The notes beneath the pieces are model-generated. The model made no database searches. It worked only from the letters and a program-made list of their open reading frames with translations, and was not told where the DNA came from. Positions 37,098 through 39,004 of a stretch of 39,004 nt of DNA are shown here, in pieces (position 1 is the first letter of the stretch; each line of letters begins with the position of its first letter). Location: the IMG/VR virus record IMGVR_UViG_3300042402_007287, one strand, 5' to 3'. The position numbers were made by a program, and so were the translations under genes. The DNA is from a virus. Taxonomy: Duplodnaviria > Heunggongvirae > Uroviricota > Caudoviricetes.

Positions 37098-39004
37098 TTA
37101 AGGTTTCGTTGGAATGTATTCGAGTAGTGGTGGATTTACGTCTTTACGTTCAGCTTGTATGAAGAAGTAAGCGTTTATATTTCCTTTTTCTGAATCAACA
37201 TAAACTTTATTATCTTCAATTTTAACAACAAAGTGAGTGTTTGGTTCTCCGATTGATGTAAACTGAACCGTTATACTATTTGAATCAACTAACTCGGTCC
37301 AATAATCTGGTAATTCAATTACATTTGAAGTTACAACACCTCTGACATATACACCATGTTCAGGACCTTCCAACACACCGTATCTCAACCTCATTCCAGA
37401 TTTTGTTGGGTGAGGAATGTCGAATGATTTAGAAGACGCTGTAAAGTCTCCATACAAAGTGAATGTTGCTTCTGTCTGTAATCCCATTACAGCGTTTGTA
37501 CCATCAAACGTAAAGTTTTGTTCACCATTTATGACACCAGCAGTTCCTGTTGCGGTAAGAATGTAGTTGTTTGTGTTGTTATTGATTGTTGCAGTTCCTG
37601 ATGTACCTGAGCTACCGCTCGTACCAGATGAACCAGACGTTCCTGAGCTACCTGAGGTTCCTGATGAACCAGACGTTCCTGAGCTACCTGAGGTTCCTGA
37701 TGAACCAGACGTTCCTGAGCTACCGCTCGTACCTGATAAACCACTCGAACCAGATGTTCCTGAAGAACCAGATGTACCACTCGAGCCACTTGTTCCTGAT
37801 GAACCTGATGTTCCACTTGCTCCACTAACTCCACTAGTACCCGATGAACCAGAGGTTCCTGAGCTTCCGCTTGTTCCTGAAGAACCTGAGCTACCACTTG
37901 TTCCAGATGAACCAGATGTTCCACTTGAACCTGAGCTACCTGATGTTCCACTTGAACCTGAGCTACCTGATGTTCCACTTGAGCCAGAAGAGCCAGATGT
38001 TCCTGATGAACCTGATGAGCCAGATGTTCCTGATGAACCGCTCGTACCAGATGAACCAGACGTTCCTGAGCTACCTGAGCTTCCGCTTGTTCCTGAAGAA
38101 CCTGAGCTACCACTTGTTCCTGAAGAACCTGAGCTACCACTTGTTCCAGATGAACCAGATGTTCCACTTGAACCTGAGCTACCTGATGTTCCACTTGAGC
38201 CAGAAGAGCCAGATGTTCCTGATGAGCCAGATGTTCCTGAAGAACCTGATGAGCCAGATGTTCCTGATGAACCTGATGAGCCAGATGTTCCTGATGAACC
38301 GCTCGTACCAGATGAACCAGACGTTCCTGAGCTACCTGAGCTTCCGCTTGTTCCTGAAGAACCTGAGCTACCACTTGTTCCTGAAGAACCTGAGCTACCA
38401 CTTGTTCCAGATGAACCAGATGTTCCACTTGAACCTGAGCTACCTGATGTTCCACTTGAGCCAGAAGAGCCAGATGTTCCTGATGAGCCAGATGTTCCTG
38501 AAGAACCTGATGAGCCAGATGTTCCTGATGAACCTGATGAGCCAGATGTTCCTGATGAACCGCTCGTACCAGATGAACCAGACGTTCCTGAGCTACCTGA
38601 GCTTCCGCTTGTTCCTGAAGAACCTGAGCTTCCGCTTGTTCCTGATGAACCGCTCGTACCAGATGAACCAGACGTTCCTGAGCTACCTGAGGTTCCTGAT
38701 GAACCTGATGAGCCAGATGTTCCTGATGAACCTGAGCTACCACTTGTTCCTGAAGAACCTGAGCTACCTGATGTTCCTGATGAACCTGAGCTACCGCTCG
38801 TACCAGATGAACCAGATGTTCCACTTGAACCTGAGCTTCCGCTTGTACCTGAAGAACCAGATGTACCACTTGAGCCACTTGTTCCTGATGAACCTGAGCT
38901 ACCGCTCGTACCAGATGAACCAGATGTTCCACTTGAACCTGAGCTTCCGCTTGTACCTGAAGAACCAGATGTACCACTTGAGCCACTTGTTCCTGATGAA
39001 CCTG
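37098..39004 (-). CDS. Tail-fibre-like protein with a collagen-like (Gly-X-Ser)n region and a conserved C-terminal domain; 5' end outside window
   Basis: The frame of track ORF 37098-37487 stays open to 39002: (GSS/GTS)n, then GTATINNNTNNYILTATGTAGVINGEQNFTFDGTNAV, then M...KSFDIPHP...LRYGVLEGPEHGVYVRG...IELPDYW. At least 634 aa. Confidence 0.88.
   Translation of the reverse strand, partial: GSSGTSGSSGTSGSSGTSGSSGSSGTSGSSGTSGSSGSSGTSGSSGTSGSSGTSGSSGSSGTSGSSGTSGSSGSSGTSGSSGSSGTSGSSGSSGTSGSSGSSGTSGSSGTSGSSGTSGSSGTSGSSGSSGTSGSSGSSGTSGSSGTSGSSGTSGSSGSSGTSGSSGSSGTSGSSGTSGSSGSSGTSGSSGSSGTSGSSGTSGSSGSSGTSGSSGSSGTSGSSGSSGTSGSSGTSGSSGTSGSSGSSGTSGSSGSSGTSGSSGTSGSSGSSGTSGSSGSSGTSGSSGTSGSSGSSGTSGSSGSSGTSGSSGSSGTSGSSGTSGSSGTSGSSGSSGTSGSSGSSGTSGSSGSSGTSGSSGSSGTSGSSGTSGSSGSSGTSGSSGTSGSSGTSGVSGASGTSGSSGTSGSSGTSGSSGTSGSSGLSGTSGSSGTSGSSGTSGSSGTSGSSGTSGSSGTSGSSGTSGSSGTSGTATINNNTNNYILTATGTAGVINGEQNFTFDGTNAVMGLQTEATFTLYGDFTASSKSFDIPHPTKSGMRLRYGVLEGPEHGVYVRGVVTSNVIELPDYWTELVDSNSITVQFTSIGEPNTHFVVKIEDNKVYVDSEKGNINAYFFIQAERKDVNPPLLEYIPTKP
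37599..39002 (-). repeat. About 156 Gly-X-Ser triplets with nested 261-nt and 108-nt direct repeats
   Basis: 1404 nt in register. Identical sequence recurs at 38041, 38302 and 38563 (261-nt period); a 108-nt period is present near the window end. Confidence 0.9.

Noticed and set aside
37529-38986. 485-aa Gln/His/Val/Leu-rich ORF in the track, and the plus-strand ORF 37586-37828
   Set aside because: Shadow frames of the GXS repeat. The true frame is continuous with the C-terminal domain at 37098-37487.
37599-39004. CRISPR-like or non-coding repeat array
   Set aside because: The repeats are 9-nt coding triplets without unique spacers.
1-39004. Eukaryotic giant virus origin suggested by mucin, collagen and glycosylation genes
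   Set aside because: Sigma70, DnaG, RuvC, SbcCD, amidase, bacterial promoters and overlapping operons indicate a bacteriophage.
1-39004. Alternative genetic code
   Set aside because: All long genes are intact under the standard code and coding density is near complete; only TAG avoidance was noted.
1-39004. tRNA, structured ncRNA, intron/intein, DGR or transposon
   Set aside because: No intergenic gap exceeds about 110 nt, and no reverse transcriptase, transposase, homing endonuclease or intein motifs were seen.

Overview
Gene-dense, AT-rich segment of a large tailed dsDNA phage, most likely a jumbo phage of Bacteroidota. Host evidence is a Bacteroidota-type primary sigma70, TAnnTTTG promoter boxes, SprB-like repeats and no Shine-Dalgarno motifs at the starts inspected. 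Almost all genes lie on the minus strand and read in the standard code. Four blocks are present. (1) 1-2506: candidate lysis cassette (amidase, multi-TM protein, lipoprotein) and a phage sigma factor. (2) 2525-13212: DNA metabolism (N6-adenine MTase plus candidate REase, pyrimidine-dimer glycosylase, SbcC/SbcD, RecB-like nuclease, DnaG primase, RuvC). (3) 13268-23488: probable virion proteins, several with mucin-like Pro/Thr linkers and Cys-rich modules. (4) 23785-37028: a 13 kb glycosylation locus, followed by a window-truncated tail-fibre-like gene that the ORF track called in the wrong frame; it holds about 156 consecutive Gly-X-Ser triplets. The main hypothesis is a self-contained phage protein O-heptosylation system. 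Its parts would be a compact NDP-heptose operon (cupin, HAD phosphatase, RfaE-II nucleotidyltransferase, RfaE-I kinase), two Aah/TibC-type iron-finger heptosyltransferases (one fused to a GT4), further GTs, O-methyl and O-acetyl transferases, and flanking Ser/Thr-rich virion proteins as likely acceptors. All family assignments are motif recognition by eye; no searches were run.
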